Assembly: GCA_963666055.2 (NCBI GenBank)
Contig: CAXWPH010000011.1
Coordinates: 32,001-96,000 of the forward strand
DNA from: Acidobacteriota bacterium
GTDB lineage: Bacteria; Acidobacteriota; UBA890; WLXD01
DNA length: 64,000 bases
Direction: 5' to 3'
Within the stretch, counting starts at the first letter, position 1, and the number at the start of each line of letters is the position of its first letter. The notes under the pieces were generated by a model. It made no database searches. It had not been told where the DNA came from and saw nothing but the letters and a program-made list of their open reading frames with translations. Positions 19,916-30,077 of this stretch are shown here, in pieces. Position numbers and translations under genes: made by a program.

Positions 19916-20854
19916 ATGCTGCGAAGCTCCAGATGCTGCAGGCCCGCCGGGGTCGCCTGCGGCCTATTGTTGCTGGCTGGATGCAGGGCGGAGCCTACCG
20001 TCGAGCTCACCACGCTCTTCGAGCAGTCGGAGATCTTCGTCGAGACCGGGACCATCGACATCGGCGACCACGCCGTACGCCGCCATTTGACGGATGGCTG
20101 GTCACCTATCGATGAGCGCTGGGCGCAGCGCGAGGACGAGACCTTCGTCTGGGCTCGCGGCACGCAGGCCTCGCTGCGCTTCTATCAGATCGAATCCCGG
20201 TTGCAGCGCGTCCGGTTCCGCGGCCGCCCCAACGCACCGGATGGGAACCCCTTGGTATCGACGATCTACCTACGACTCAACGGCGTGACGCTGCCGACGG
20301 CAGTCGATGTGGTAGCCGGCTGGCAAGATTACATCGTACCGCTGCCGGCGCGGCTGCTGCGCGTCGGTGTCAACCATCTGACCTTCGGCTTCGATCGTCC
20401 ACCCGGCAACGCCCCGTCGCGGGGCACATCGTTACAGTTCGCCTTCGATGATGTGCGGTTCTTCGATGCCACCGTAACCGCGCTGCCACGGCTGGAGCGA
20501 CCGAGCAGTGAGCATAGTCTGATCCTCCCCTACCTGTCGGGTATCAACTTCGAACTCGATCTGATGCCCGGCGCGATCGTGCGAATCCGCCAGATCCAGG
20601 CATACGGCCGCCCCTTGCCAGAGGAAGGAGCGCTGCACATCTATATCGACGCCGCGGGCCGACTGGAGCACAGCGTCGTGGAGGTGCCTGCCAACAGCCT
20701 CGAGATCCCGATCCACATCGACGCGCCGACGCGGGTGCGCCTGTCGATGATGTCGCTGCCACCGCCGTCGTTCTACGGCCTGCAAGGACACGCCGCCGAA
20801 CAAGACGTCGGGCTGCGCCTATACTGGCCGACTGTCAGCCGGCCGCAATCCTAG
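19916..20854 (+). CDS. Hypothetical lipoprotein with beta-sandwich domains
   Basis: LLLLAGC lipobox; GWS..E...FVWA and LLRVGVNHLTF motifs. Start uncertain. Confidence 0.65.
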   Translation: MLRSSRCCRPAGVACGLLLLAGCRAEPTVELTTLFEQSEIFVETGTIDIGDHAVRRHLTDGWSPIDERWAQREDETFVWARGTQASLRFYQIESRLQRVRFRGRPNAPDGNPLVSTIYLRLNGVTLPTAVDVVAGWQDYIVPLPARLLRVGVNHLTFGFDRPPGNAPSRGTSLQFAFDDVRFFDATVTALPRLERPSSEHSLILPYLSGINFELDLMPGAIVRIRQIQAYGRPLPEEGALHIYIDAAGRLEHSVVEVPANSLEIPIHIDAPTRVRLSMMSLPPPSFYGLQGHAAEQDVGLRLYWPTVSRPQS

Positions 20855-20864
20855 TGGTCTGTAA

Positions 20865-20898
20865 CAGGGCCGTGGCAGGAGTGCGGCGGGCCTGCTAG
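20865..20898 (+). repeat. CTAG-family intergenic repeat copy
   Basis: CAGGGCCGTGGCAGGAGTGCGGCGGGCCTGCTAG. Confidence 0.65.
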
Positions 20899-20938
20899 GG
20901 GAACCTGTGCAGGGCATCGGCCACCCGGAACAATCCCG

Positions 20939-23266
20939 CTACAGCCGGAAGAGCTGGGTGAACTTGACGATGATCGAGCGGTCGATCAGCGTTGGGTCCT
21001 CGGTAAGCCTGCGCTCGTTGTACACGACGAACAGGTCGGCGCCCGGCGTATGGATGAAGTTCAGCCGCACGTTGGTGAGGAACTGATCGGTGATGTTGTC
21101 GTACTGCAACAGCCCCGAAAGAAACAGCCGCGTGTTGAAGTCGTAGGCGATTCGGGCGCGCCAGATATCGGCCACGAAGTCACCGGCGGGCAATTCGATG
21201 TCGTTGCGATCTAGCGACAACGAGGCGGCGAACCTGGCACCGGTGCGCAATCCGGCCTGGAATCTCCAGACCTTTTGTTTGCCGTCCCAGAAGTCGCCGA
21301 TGTCGAGCCAAACTAGGCCCCAGACCGGTCGACTTTGATCGGACTGCGCCTCGAGCTTGATGGCGTTGAACTCGTATTCACCCGGCGGAATGAGCACCCC
21401 CGGTACGATCTCGAACGGGAGGTCAAGCCGCTCGAATCGGCGGTTGCTCTCGATACTGAGCTTGTCGCCGCGGCGCAGAAACAGATCGAAGTCGTAGTGC
21501 TCACGGCGCGTCAACAACCGATTGTCGCGGTCGGTAACGTACGACAGCGAAACGTGAGGCGCTAAGTTGCGAACCCACGGGGACTGCGGAAAGAACGGTG
21601 TCCACATCACGTTGCTGTCGTAGGAGCGCAGACCGACCCGGTTAACGAACCCCAACCCGGGGTTGAACGCCTCGCCCACGTCCATCGCCGACCCGGTCGC
21701 CGAGAATCTCGAGTTGGCCCATGCGAACTTGACGGCACCGGCCGAATCGGAGCCCTCTTCGGTCCCCGGGTCATCCGTCTTCATCCACCATCCATCAAGC
21801 GTGGCGCCGCCATGGGCCCAGCGCCCGTCGAAACCCAGCGATCGGTTGTATTGCGAGCCGCTCTCCTGTCGGTTGGTGAATAGCATGCCGATGTTCGAGC
21901 GGCTGCCGAGCTCGCGGCGGATGCGAAGCACGCTGTTGTTCTGCGATCCCAGGTCGACGCCCGCGACGCCGCCCGTCTGCATGTTCAAAGCACCGATGTT
22001 CCACCCGCCAGACTTTCCGGTCAGCCTCGCACCAACGAGGATCGGTACTTCGCCGCCATCGAAGATGCCTATCTGACGCGAATGGAAACCGATGACCCGG
22101 GGACCATTTCGACCGCTGCTGCTTCCGAACTGGAACAGGCCGGCGTTCTCCAGAAAGAACTCGCGCTTCTCGGGGAAGAACAGCGGGAAGCGGGTCAGGT
22201 TGACCTGCACATCGTCGGCTTCGACCTGCGCAAAATCGGTATTGATCGTGCCATCGAAGGTCAGGTTGGGGGTCATGATCCACTTGATGTCGCCGCCGAG
22301 ATCAGCCGACGACCGCGTCGCATGGCTGGAATACGGGGAGGCCTCAGGGCCCACCGGAATCTGCCCGATATCACCCAGCGCGAACGGCTTGACCTGTAGG
22401 TTCCTGGACCGCCCCACCGACTGCATCCCCACCAGCATTCCGGACAACGATAAGCGCGTGGCGTTGAACTGTCGTGGGATGGGCGCCCAGAAATCCTGCT
22501 CCGCGTTTCGCTTCAGCGTACGTCGAAAGTTAATGCCCCAGGCATCCATGTTCGCTCGATCAAAGCGCAGCACCCAGAACGGGATGGCGATCTCGACCGA
22601 CCAGCCATCGGCATGAACGTGGCCAGCCGAACGCCAAACCGCGTCCCAGTCGGCGTTGAAGGTGGCGCCGAACCCTTGCCGTGAAGTTCCACCCTCGCCG
22701 ATGATCTGCGCGTCGAAGCGAGCGCCCAGGGCGTTGGTCTCGAAAAAGTACCCGTTGCGGTGGTCGTGATAGGTATCGAGCGTCACCGCAAACGCATCGT
22801 TGTTGTTGTGAGACTCGTCGCGCCGCAATACCGACGATACTGCCGCAGCCGGATTCGAGTCCCACATGCGCGCGCTGATGTAGATGGCCTCGGTGTCATA
22901 CAGAAGGCGTACCTCGGTGCGCTCGGTCGCCGCGGCGCCCTCATCGGGCTGCGATTGCAGGAACATCGTGAGCGGCTCCGCTTCGGCCCAGACCGCGTCG
23001 TCGAGGAGGCCATCAAGTTCCGGCGGCGTCGAGACCCGCACCGCCACCAGCTGGTGTTGGCGATCGGCTTCGGTAACGGCCAGCTTGTCCCAACGATCGG
23101 GATCCACGGCTGTGCTAGCGGCCCCAGTCGCTGCAACCTCGTCGGACTGTGCCGGCGGCGCCTGAGCGTGCGCCGGAGATGGCAACGCCAAGGCGACGGT
23201 CGACACCAGGGTCAGGGTGCACCCAAGCAGCTGGTGGCGTAGATGAAGGGCAAATCTCGGAATCAC
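20939..23266 (-). CDS. CBM9-like / DUF5916 outer-membrane beta-barrel protein
   Basis: LDGLLDDAVW, GWSVEIAIPF, NTDFAQVEAD, TRFPLFFPEKREFFLEN, C-terminal beta strand. Confidence 0.88.
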   Translation of the reverse strand: MIPRFALHLRHQLLGCTLTLVSTVALALPSPAHAQAPPAQSDEVAATGAASTAVDPDRWDKLAVTEADRQHQLVAVRVSTPPELDGLLDDAVWAEAEPLTMFLQSQPDEGAAATERTEVRLLYDTEAIYISARMWDSNPAAAVSSVLRRDESHNNNDAFAVTLDTYHDHRNGYFFETNALGARFDAQIIGEGGTSRQGFGATFNADWDAVWRSAGHVHADGWSVEIAIPFWVLRFDRANMDAWGINFRRTLKRNAEQDFWAPIPRQFNATRLSLSGMLVGMQSVGRSRNLQVKPFALGDIGQIPVGPEASPYSSHATRSSADLGGDIKWIMTPNLTFDGTINTDFAQVEADDVQVNLTRFPLFFPEKREFFLENAGLFQFGSSSGRNGPRVIGFHSRQIGIFDGGEVPILVGARLTGKSGGWNIGALNMQTGGVAGVDLGSQNNSVLRIRRELGSRSNIGMLFTNRQESGSQYNRSLGFDGRWAHGGATLDGWWMKTDDPGTEEGSDSAGAVKFAWANSRFSATGSAMDVGEAFNPGLGFVNRVGLRSYDSNVMWTPFFPQSPWVRNLAPHVSLSYVTDRDNRLLTRREHYDFDLFLRRGDKLSIESNRRFERLDLPFEIVPGVLIPPGEYEFNAIKLEAQSDQSRPVWGLVWLDIGDFWDGKQKVWRFQAGLRTGARFAASLSLDRNDIELPAGDFVADIWRARIAYDFNTRLFLSGLLQYDNITDQFLTNVRLNFIHTPGADLFVVYNERRLTEDPTLIDRSIIVKFTQLFRL

Positions 23267-23357
23267 GGGAACCTGCCAAAGGCGCTAGAGGAGTCTGAAT
23301 AAGCTAACTCATCGCTGCCGCCGACCCAGGCAGCGGACGTGGAGTGAACCTCCCCCG

Positions 23358-24119
23358 CTACTCGGTGGCGCCTTCGGACTTGCGGAACTTCAGCAACATT
23401 CGATCGGTCATGTAACGCGTCTTGCCCGGCTGAATGAACGCCGCATAGTCGTCGTCGTCGCGCTTCAAGATATCCGACTCGCCAACGTACTCGAACCCTG
23501 CCGCTTCGAGGTCGGCGATGACGGTTCCCTCGCCGACACGATGCGACGCCATGTCGTGACCTTCGGCCTGATTCAGGCGTACCTCGACCACGCCGAAGAC
23601 CCCTCCCGGCACCAGGGCGCGGTGTAGCTCGGCCAGGGTCGCGGGCACGTCCGGGAAGAGATGGTACGCACGAACGGCAACCACGGCATCGAGGCTGCCG
23701 TCCTCCAGGCCGGCAAGGTCGTCGACGAAGCGGATGTTGCCCGCCGCCGCCAGATCACCGCCCTCATCGAAGCGAGCTCGGAACTCCTCGCTGCCGCCTT
23801 CGGCCACGACAACGCCTGTTTCTCCCACCAGGTGAGCAAGGCGCTCGGCGTTGTAGCCGCCCCCCGACATGACATCGACAACGCGATCCCCGGCACCGAT
23901 ACCCAGGAAAGCGTAAACCTCGTCGGGCTTGGAGAAATGATCGCGGTCCGTTCTGCCGTCGCCGTGGTGATCGTCGTCTGCGACGCCGTCTCCGTCACCG
24001 TGCTCCGGTTCCGCCATCGCGTCATCGCTCCCGACGGTCGCGGCGTCTTGATCTTGCTTGGAGCATCCGAAGAGAGCGACGACAAGTACCAGCGGCAGAA
24101 CGGCAAGGCGCAACTTCAT
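23358..24119 (-). CDS. Class I SAM-dependent methyltransferase-like lipoprotein
   Basis: LFGC lipobox, VVDVMSGGGY motif I, TDRMLLKFRK tail. Confidence 0.8.
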   Translation of the reverse strand: MKLRLAVLPLVLVVALFGCSKQDQDAATVGSDDAMAEPEHGDGDGVADDDHHGDGRTDRDHFSKPDEVYAFLGIGAGDRVVDVMSGGGYNAERLAHLVGETGVVVAEGGSEEFRARFDEGGDLAAAGNIRFVDDLAGLEDGSLDAVVAVRAYHLFPDVPATLAELHRALVPGGVFGVVEVRLNQAEGHDMASHRVGEGTVIADLEAAGFEYVGESDILKRDDDDYAAFIQPGKTRYMTDRMLLKFRKSEGATE

Positions 24120-24130
24120 CGGTGGAACTC

Positions 24131-24152
24131 CTAGCAGGCCGTGGTAGAAGTG
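24131..24152 (+). repeat. CTAG-family intergenic repeat, half copy
   Basis: CTAGCAGGCCGTGGTAGAAGTG. Confidence 0.65.
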
Positions 24153-24177
24153 ATCGTGGGAACTGTACCCTGCTTGC

Positions 24178-25529
24178 ATGCAGCTGGACAGCGTATTGAC
24201 CAGCTCCCGGGTCGCATTGCCGGGCGGCGTTCAAGCAGCCGACGTCGGGGTACGAAACGGGTGCGTTCAGACCATCGCCGATGCCGGTAGCCTTGCGGCG
24301 GCCCAACGGCACGATCTCGACGATCTGTGGCTGCTCCCCGGGCTGGTCGATCCGCACGTACACGTCAACGAGCCTGGCCGCACCCACTGGGAGGGCTTCG
24401 AGACCGCCTCGATGGCAGCGGCGGCGGGCGGTGTGACCACCATCATCGACATGCCGCTCAACAGCTCGCCCGTAACCACCACCGCGCAGGCGCTGCGAGC
24501 CAAAGTCGAGGCCGCCACGAGCAAGTGTAGCGTCGACTACGGCTTCTGGGGCGGGGTCGTGCCGGGGAACCAGGATCACATCGAGGATCTGCTCGATGCC
24601 GGGGTGCGCGGGCTCAAGTGCTTTCTGTGCTCTTCCGGCCTCGACGACTTTCCCGCTGTGTCCAATGCAGACCTCGAGCGGGCCGCCGAATTCCTGGTAC
24701 CACGGGGCAAGCCACTTCTGGTGCACGCGGAAGACCCGGGCGATCTGCAGCGCGCCGCCGCTTCGTGCGGCCTGGAGGATGAGCCGCGCTCCTACAGCAG
24801 CTATCTCGCATCCAGGCCGGAGACCGCGGAGCGCTCACTGAGCGCCTGATCGCGCTCAGTGAGCGCTCTCGTTGCCATACCCACGTAGTGCACCTATCGG
24901 CCGCCAGCTGTGTACCCCTGTTGGCCGCAGCGCGACGCTCGGGCACACCGATCACGGTCGAGACCTGCCCCCACTACTTGACGCTCGCAGCGGAGGACGT
25001 GCCTGACGGAGCCACCCAGTTCAAGTGCGCACCGCCGATCCGCGGGAGAGCCAACGGCGAGGCACTCTGGCGGGCGCTGGGCGCAGGCACCATCGACCTC
25101 ATCGCTTCGGATCACTCACCCTGCCCTGCTGAATTGAGGTGTCTGGACAGCGGCAACTTCCGCCGCGCCTGGGGCGGCATAGCCGGCCTGCAGCTCGGAC
25201 TCACGCTGGTATGGACGGAGGCGCGTCAGCGCGGGCATGACCTCGACCGGGTTCGTGCTTGGATGTGCACAGAGCCCGCCCGCCTGGCCGGGATCGAGCA
25301 TCGCAAGGGCTCGATCGCCCCGGGTCTCGACGCCGACTTCGTGGTCTTCGACCCGGACGCATCATTCCGTGTCGACCCCGCCGCGCTGTTGCACCGGCAC
25401 CCGGACACTCCCTATGCGGGAATGGCACTGCGTGGCAGGGTAGTCGCCACATTTCTGCGTGGCCGCTGCATCTACGACAATGGGGAAGTCGACGGCGTGC
25501 ACGGCCAGTGGATCGACGCACCACGATGA
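24178..25529 (+). pseudogene. allB: Allantoinase, frameshifted near 24838
   Basis: PGLVDPHVHVNEPGRTHWEGFET, DMPLNS, VHAE; second frame HLS, ETCPHYL, FKCAPPIR, SDHSP, WGGI. Confidence 0.9.
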
Positions 25530-26518
25530 GCGACACCTTCGACAACAACGACTTCGCGCGACTCACCGATCTGGCGGCGACCCGGCTCGGCGGCCGCGCC
25601 GTCCTGGCCAACGACGAGTTCTTCGCCGGCAAGGAGAATCTGGTGAAGGACGAGGCTCCGGTGTTCTTGCCCGGCAAGTACACGGACCGGGGTAAGTGGA
25701 TGGACGGTTGGGAGTCACGACGTCGGCGAACGCCTGGTAACGACTGGTGCATCGTACGGCTCGGAATCTCCGGTCGGATCGTCGGCGTGGGCGTCGAGAC
25801 GACCCACTTCAGCGGTAACCACCCGGAGAGCTGCTCGATCGACGCTTGCCATTGCGCCGACGAGATCCCGCCAGACGGAACCGAATGGCACGAAATCCTG
25901 GCGCGCGCGCCGCTCAACGGCGACTCCGTGAACCGGTTCGCGCTGGCGTCGTTCGACACGTTCACCCACGTCCGCCTCAACATCTATCCGGACGGTGGGG
26001 TGGCGCGCCTCCGCCTGTACGGCGTCGCCACTCCCGGCCCGGACAAGCACCCCGATGCGCCGTTCGATCTCGGTGCGGCGATAGGCGGCGGAAACATCGT
26101 CGACTGCAGCGACATGTATTTTTCGGACCCGCAGAACCTCATTGCCCCAGGCGCCTCGAGCGGCATGCACGACGGCTGGGAAACGCGTCGGCGACGTGGC
26201 CCAGGACACGATTGGTGCGTCGTCAGGCTGGGGCAGCGTGGCTCCGTGGAGACGATCGCGGTCGAGACCTCCCACTTCAAGGGCAACTATCCGGACCGCT
26301 GCAGCGTGGACATTGCGGACATGATGCCTGTCGGTGATCCGCTCGCCCCGGTCATGGCGAGCGACTGGCGACCGTTGGTCCCCAAATCGAAGCTCGAGGC
26401 CGACCGCAGCCATCGCTTCGAGCTCGACGACGCCGTGACCGGTACCCACGTACGGCTGAACATCTTTCCCGATGGCGGCGTGGCCCGACTTCGCGTGCTC
26501 GGGCGCCCCGCCGAGTGA
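25526..26518 (+). CDS. alc: Allantoicase
   Basis: Two repeats with DGWE(S/T)RRRR and RLNI(Y/F)PDGGVARLR. ATGA overlap with allB. Confidence 0.95.
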   Translation: MSDTFDNNDFARLTDLAATRLGGRAVLANDEFFAGKENLVKDEAPVFLPGKYTDRGKWMDGWESRRRRTPGNDWCIVRLGISGRIVGVGVETTHFSGNHPESCSIDACHCADEIPPDGTEWHEILARAPLNGDSVNRFALASFDTFTHVRLNIYPDGGVARLRLYGVATPGPDKHPDAPFDLGAAIGGGNIVDCSDMYFSDPQNLIAPGASSGMHDGWETRRRRGPGHDWCVVRLGQRGSVETIAVETSHFKGNYPDRCSVDIADMMPVGDPLAPVMASDWRPLVPKSKLEADRSHRFELDDAVTGTHVRLNIFPDGGVARLRVLGRPAE

Positions 26519-27030
26519 TGCAGTCGCGCTTGGAGTGGCTGAACCGGCTACCCCCCGGCATCGCGGTATGCGAGCTTCTGCGCTGCTGCGGCTCGCGCCG
26601 CTGGAGCGACAGCATGGTCGCCCGGCGCCCGTTCGCCAACCTCGACGAGCTGCTCGCCGCCGCCGCCGAGGTTTGGGCAGCGCTCGGGCGTGACGACTGG
26701 CTCGAGGCGTTCAGCCACCATCCGCCCATCGGCAGCGACGACTCACAGCAGGATCAGTTCCGATCCACGCGCCACTGGTCGAGCAGCGAGCAGTCCAGCG
26801 TGGACTCGGCCGACGCATCGGTGCGTCAACGCTTGCGCACCGCCAACGACCGCTACTACGAGCGCTTCGGGTACATCTTCTTGATCTGCGCCACCGGCAA
26901 GAGCGCCGCCGAGATGCTGTTACAAGCCGAGAGCCGGCTGCTCAACGAGCCCGACGCCGAGATCGGAATCGCCGGCGAGGAGCAGCGTCGCATCACCCGC
27001 CTGCGATTGGGTAAGCTGTTGAGCCCATGA
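26518..27030 (+). CDS. uraD: OHCU decarboxylase
   Basis: WLEAFSHHPPIG, SSSEQS, YYERFGYIFLICATGKS, EQRRITRLRL. Confidence 0.93.
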   Translation: MQSRLEWLNRLPPGIAVCELLRCCGSRRWSDSMVARRPFANLDELLAAAAEVWAALGRDDWLEAFSHHPPIGSDDSQQDQFRSTRHWSSSEQSSVDSADASVRQRLRTANDRYYERFGYIFLICATGKSAAEMLLQAESRLLNEPDAEIGIAGEEQRRITRLRLGKLLSP

Positions 27031-27368
27031 GCACCGTTAGCACCCACGTTCTCGATACCGCGATAGGTGGCCCGGCCGCTGATATACGCGTAGCCTTGTA
27101 TCGGCGCCAGGAGGACGGGTGGGAGCATCTTGTCACGAACACTACGGACAGCGACGGGCGCGCCGCGGGCTTACTGCAAGACGGTGAGGAACTGGCGCCG
27201 GGCACCTATCGCCTGCGATTCGCCACCGGCGCCTACTACGCGTCGAAGGGAACCCCGTGTTTCTATCCTCGCGTCGACATCGTGTTCGCGATCGAGGCGC
27301 GAAACGACCACTATCACGTACCGCTGCTATTGAGCCCGTTCGGCTTCTCGACCTATCGCGGCAGCTAA
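27027..27368 (+). CDS. uraH: 5-hydroxyisourate hydrolase
   Basis: STHVLD, TDSDGR, HYHVPLLLSPFGFSTYRGS. Confidence 0.96.
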   Translation: MSTVSTHVLDTAIGGPAADIRVALYRRQEDGWEHLVTNTTDSDGRAAGLLQDGEELAPGTYRLRFATGAYYASKGTPCFYPRVDIVFAIEARNDHYHVPLLLSPFGFSTYRGS

Positions 27369-27376
27369 CGGCAGCG

Positions 27377-28741
27377 CTAGCTTTCTGGCGTTTCGCTGCT
27401 ACGGCCCGCCAGGATCTTAGCGAACGAGCGGCTTCGCAGCTCTTCCAGTGAGAGCCCAGTCTCGAGCACCTCACGCTCGCTCAAAGCACCGCAGCCGAGG
27501 CCCCGCAAGAAGAAGTTCAACAGGCCCTGTCCGGTAGCGGCGTCGTCGAAAACCTGGCCCACGAGGGTGGCTTGCGCCGCCACCGATACGAAATTTCGCA
27601 AACGCTGGCTCGCGGCATCGACGTTCTCGAGAAAGAACGCGTATACCGCCGCATATCGAGTCGGCAACTGGGCGGGATTCAGGTCCCAGCCTTGATAAAA
27701 GCCGTGTCGCAGCGAGTGACGTACGTGCTCGTAGTGCAGCCGCCAAGCGGAGTGGAAGGAGCGTTGATTCTCTTCTATCTGCACCTGCGTAAGCTCGGTA
27801 CCCGCGCCGGCCCGGTGAACCGGAACCGGGATCACGTTGGTGGCCCCGTCAGAGAGCATCACGCCCGTTCCGGCCAGGGCAACCTTCATCATGTGACGGG
27901 CGAAGTCGCATGCGGGATGATCCATTACCTGATATTGGGCGCTGATTCCCGCCGCAGCGGTGTAGTCATAGACACCGAAGTGTGCCCCCACACAGCGTCC
28001 ACGCGCCGCCTTGACGAGCGCCGGCAACATCGATGACCCATCACTGGCGATAATCGACTGGGGCGTTTCGATCATGAGCTCCAGCCGCAAAGCCCCGGTC
28101 TCGAGGCCGACAGCAAGCTCGAGTTGCTCGAGTACGTCGACGAAGAGCGTTACCTCCTCTGGGTCCATTATCTTCGGCAGCGTCACCGCGAAACCGTCGG
28201 GAAGTAGCCCACCGGTTCGGTCCAGCAGCGTCGAAACGAAGATATCGAGCGTCGACACGCTACGGCGATACGACTCCCTGTCCAGCGACTTGACGCGAAT
28301 GCCGATGAACGGCGGCAGCGCGGCGGTGGCCAAACCTTCGGCGACCGCCTCGGCGGCAGCGACGGCGCAAGCGTCTTCTTCATCATCCGGGCGGTTTCCG
28401 TACCCGTCTTCGAAGTCGATTCGAAAGTCCTCGACGGGCTCGGTCTCGAGCTTGGTGCGGACGCGCTCGTAGATCATCTGGCGTAGCCCGTCGTCTGCCC
28501 CCAGGCCGATCGCATCGCCGAACGTCGCCGCGTCAGGCGCATACGTATCGAGCTCACGCAACGCCAGGTCTCCCAAGCGCCGCGCAGTGCCGGCGCGGAA
28601 CAGCTGGGCGCCGCCGTAGACGGTGTGTACCGGCTGTCGATCGGACGACTCGCCGGGATAACGTTCGGCAATGTCATCGGCCAGAGGTCGAATACGTTGC
28701 CCGAGGTCATCGAGCACGTGATCGTCGAAGGAACGCTTCAT
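27377..28741 (-). CDS. DUF6986-like HpcH/CitE/malate-synthase-superfamily TIM-barrel enzyme
   Basis: RQPVHTVYGGA, EDFRIDFEDGYG, VTLPK, MIETPQ, HFGVYDY, SDGATNVIP, QGWDL. Confidence 0.8.
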   Translation of the reverse strand: MKRSFDDHVLDDLGQRIRPLADDIAERYPGESSDRQPVHTVYGGAQLFRAGTARRLGDLALRELDTYAPDAATFGDAIGLGADDGLRQMIYERVRTKLETEPVEDFRIDFEDGYGNRPDDEEDACAVAAAEAVAEGLATAALPPFIGIRVKSLDRESYRRSVSTLDIFVSTLLDRTGGLLPDGFAVTLPKIMDPEEVTLFVDVLEQLELAVGLETGALRLELMIETPQSIIASDGSSMLPALVKAARGRCVGAHFGVYDYTAAAGISAQYQVMDHPACDFARHMMKVALAGTGVMLSDGATNVIPVPVHRAGAGTELTQVQIEENQRSFHSAWRLHYEHVRHSLRHGFYQGWDLNPAQLPTRYAAVYAFFLENVDAASQRLRNFVSVAAQATLVGQVFDDAATGQGLLNFFLRGLGCGALSEREVLETGLSLEELRSRSFAKILAGRSSETPES

Positions 28742-28760
28742 GGGGCGCGAACCGGGTCGA

Positions 28761-29595
28761 TTAATGGACCCACGCGCACTCGGCGCGAAGGGAGTGGTAG
28801 ACGACGCGACTCATCACCTTTTGGCGATAGCGCGCCGTCGAGCGGATGTCATCGATCGGCGACACGTCGCCGCGGATCGCGTCCAGCAGGTCGGCTGGCG
28901 AGCTCACCTCGACCTCGTCGTCGAGCATGCGCTCCAGTCGCGGGCACCGGCAGACCGTCGCTGCCATGCTGTTGGCGACCACACGCCAGCCCTCGTCTGA
29001 ACAGGCAATCGCGACACCCACCTTGGTGATTGCCTGAGCACGGCGCGCCCCGACCTTGATGAACTCCTCGAAGCGATGCTCGCGGCGCGGCAACCACACC
29101 CGCGTGATGAGCTCATCAGGTCGCATTTCGAGCTGCTTATACCCATGGTAGAAGCCGCTTAACGGAATCCGCCGCGTACTCTCCATGCATGCCAACTCGA
29201 CCTCGGCGCCGTAGGCCATCAGCACCGGCACCCCATCGGCCGCCGGCGACCCGTTGGCAATGTTCCCCGCCCACGTGCCGCGCGTTTGGATCTGCACTGC
29301 GCCGACCGTGCGCGCCGCTGCCTGCAACATGGGAAGCTCGGTGCCGGCGCGCGGGTCGCTGAGCACGTCCCAGTAGGTGGTCAATGCGCCGATGCCCAGC
29401 GAGCGGTCGTCCCAGACGAGCGACTTCAGCCCGCCGACGCCGCTCAGGTCGAGAAAGACACGATCATGCAGATCGAGGTGCTCCGGCCAGTCGACCATCA
29501 AGTCGGTACCACCGGCGATAGGCAGCGCATCGGTCTCCAATGCCCTCATCTCCAACGCCCGGTCAAGCGTATCCGGCATCAGCACGCGCATCGGA

Positions 29596-29624
<29 letters not shown>
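28761..29624 (-). CDS. Xanthine dehydrogenase family FAD-binding subunit
   Basis: AGGTDL, QIQTRGTWAGN, SPAAD, PIDDIRSTARYR. Confidence 0.9.
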
Positions 29625-30057
<433 letters not shown>

Positions 30058-30077
30058 GGAATCGGCGCCTCGCCGCG

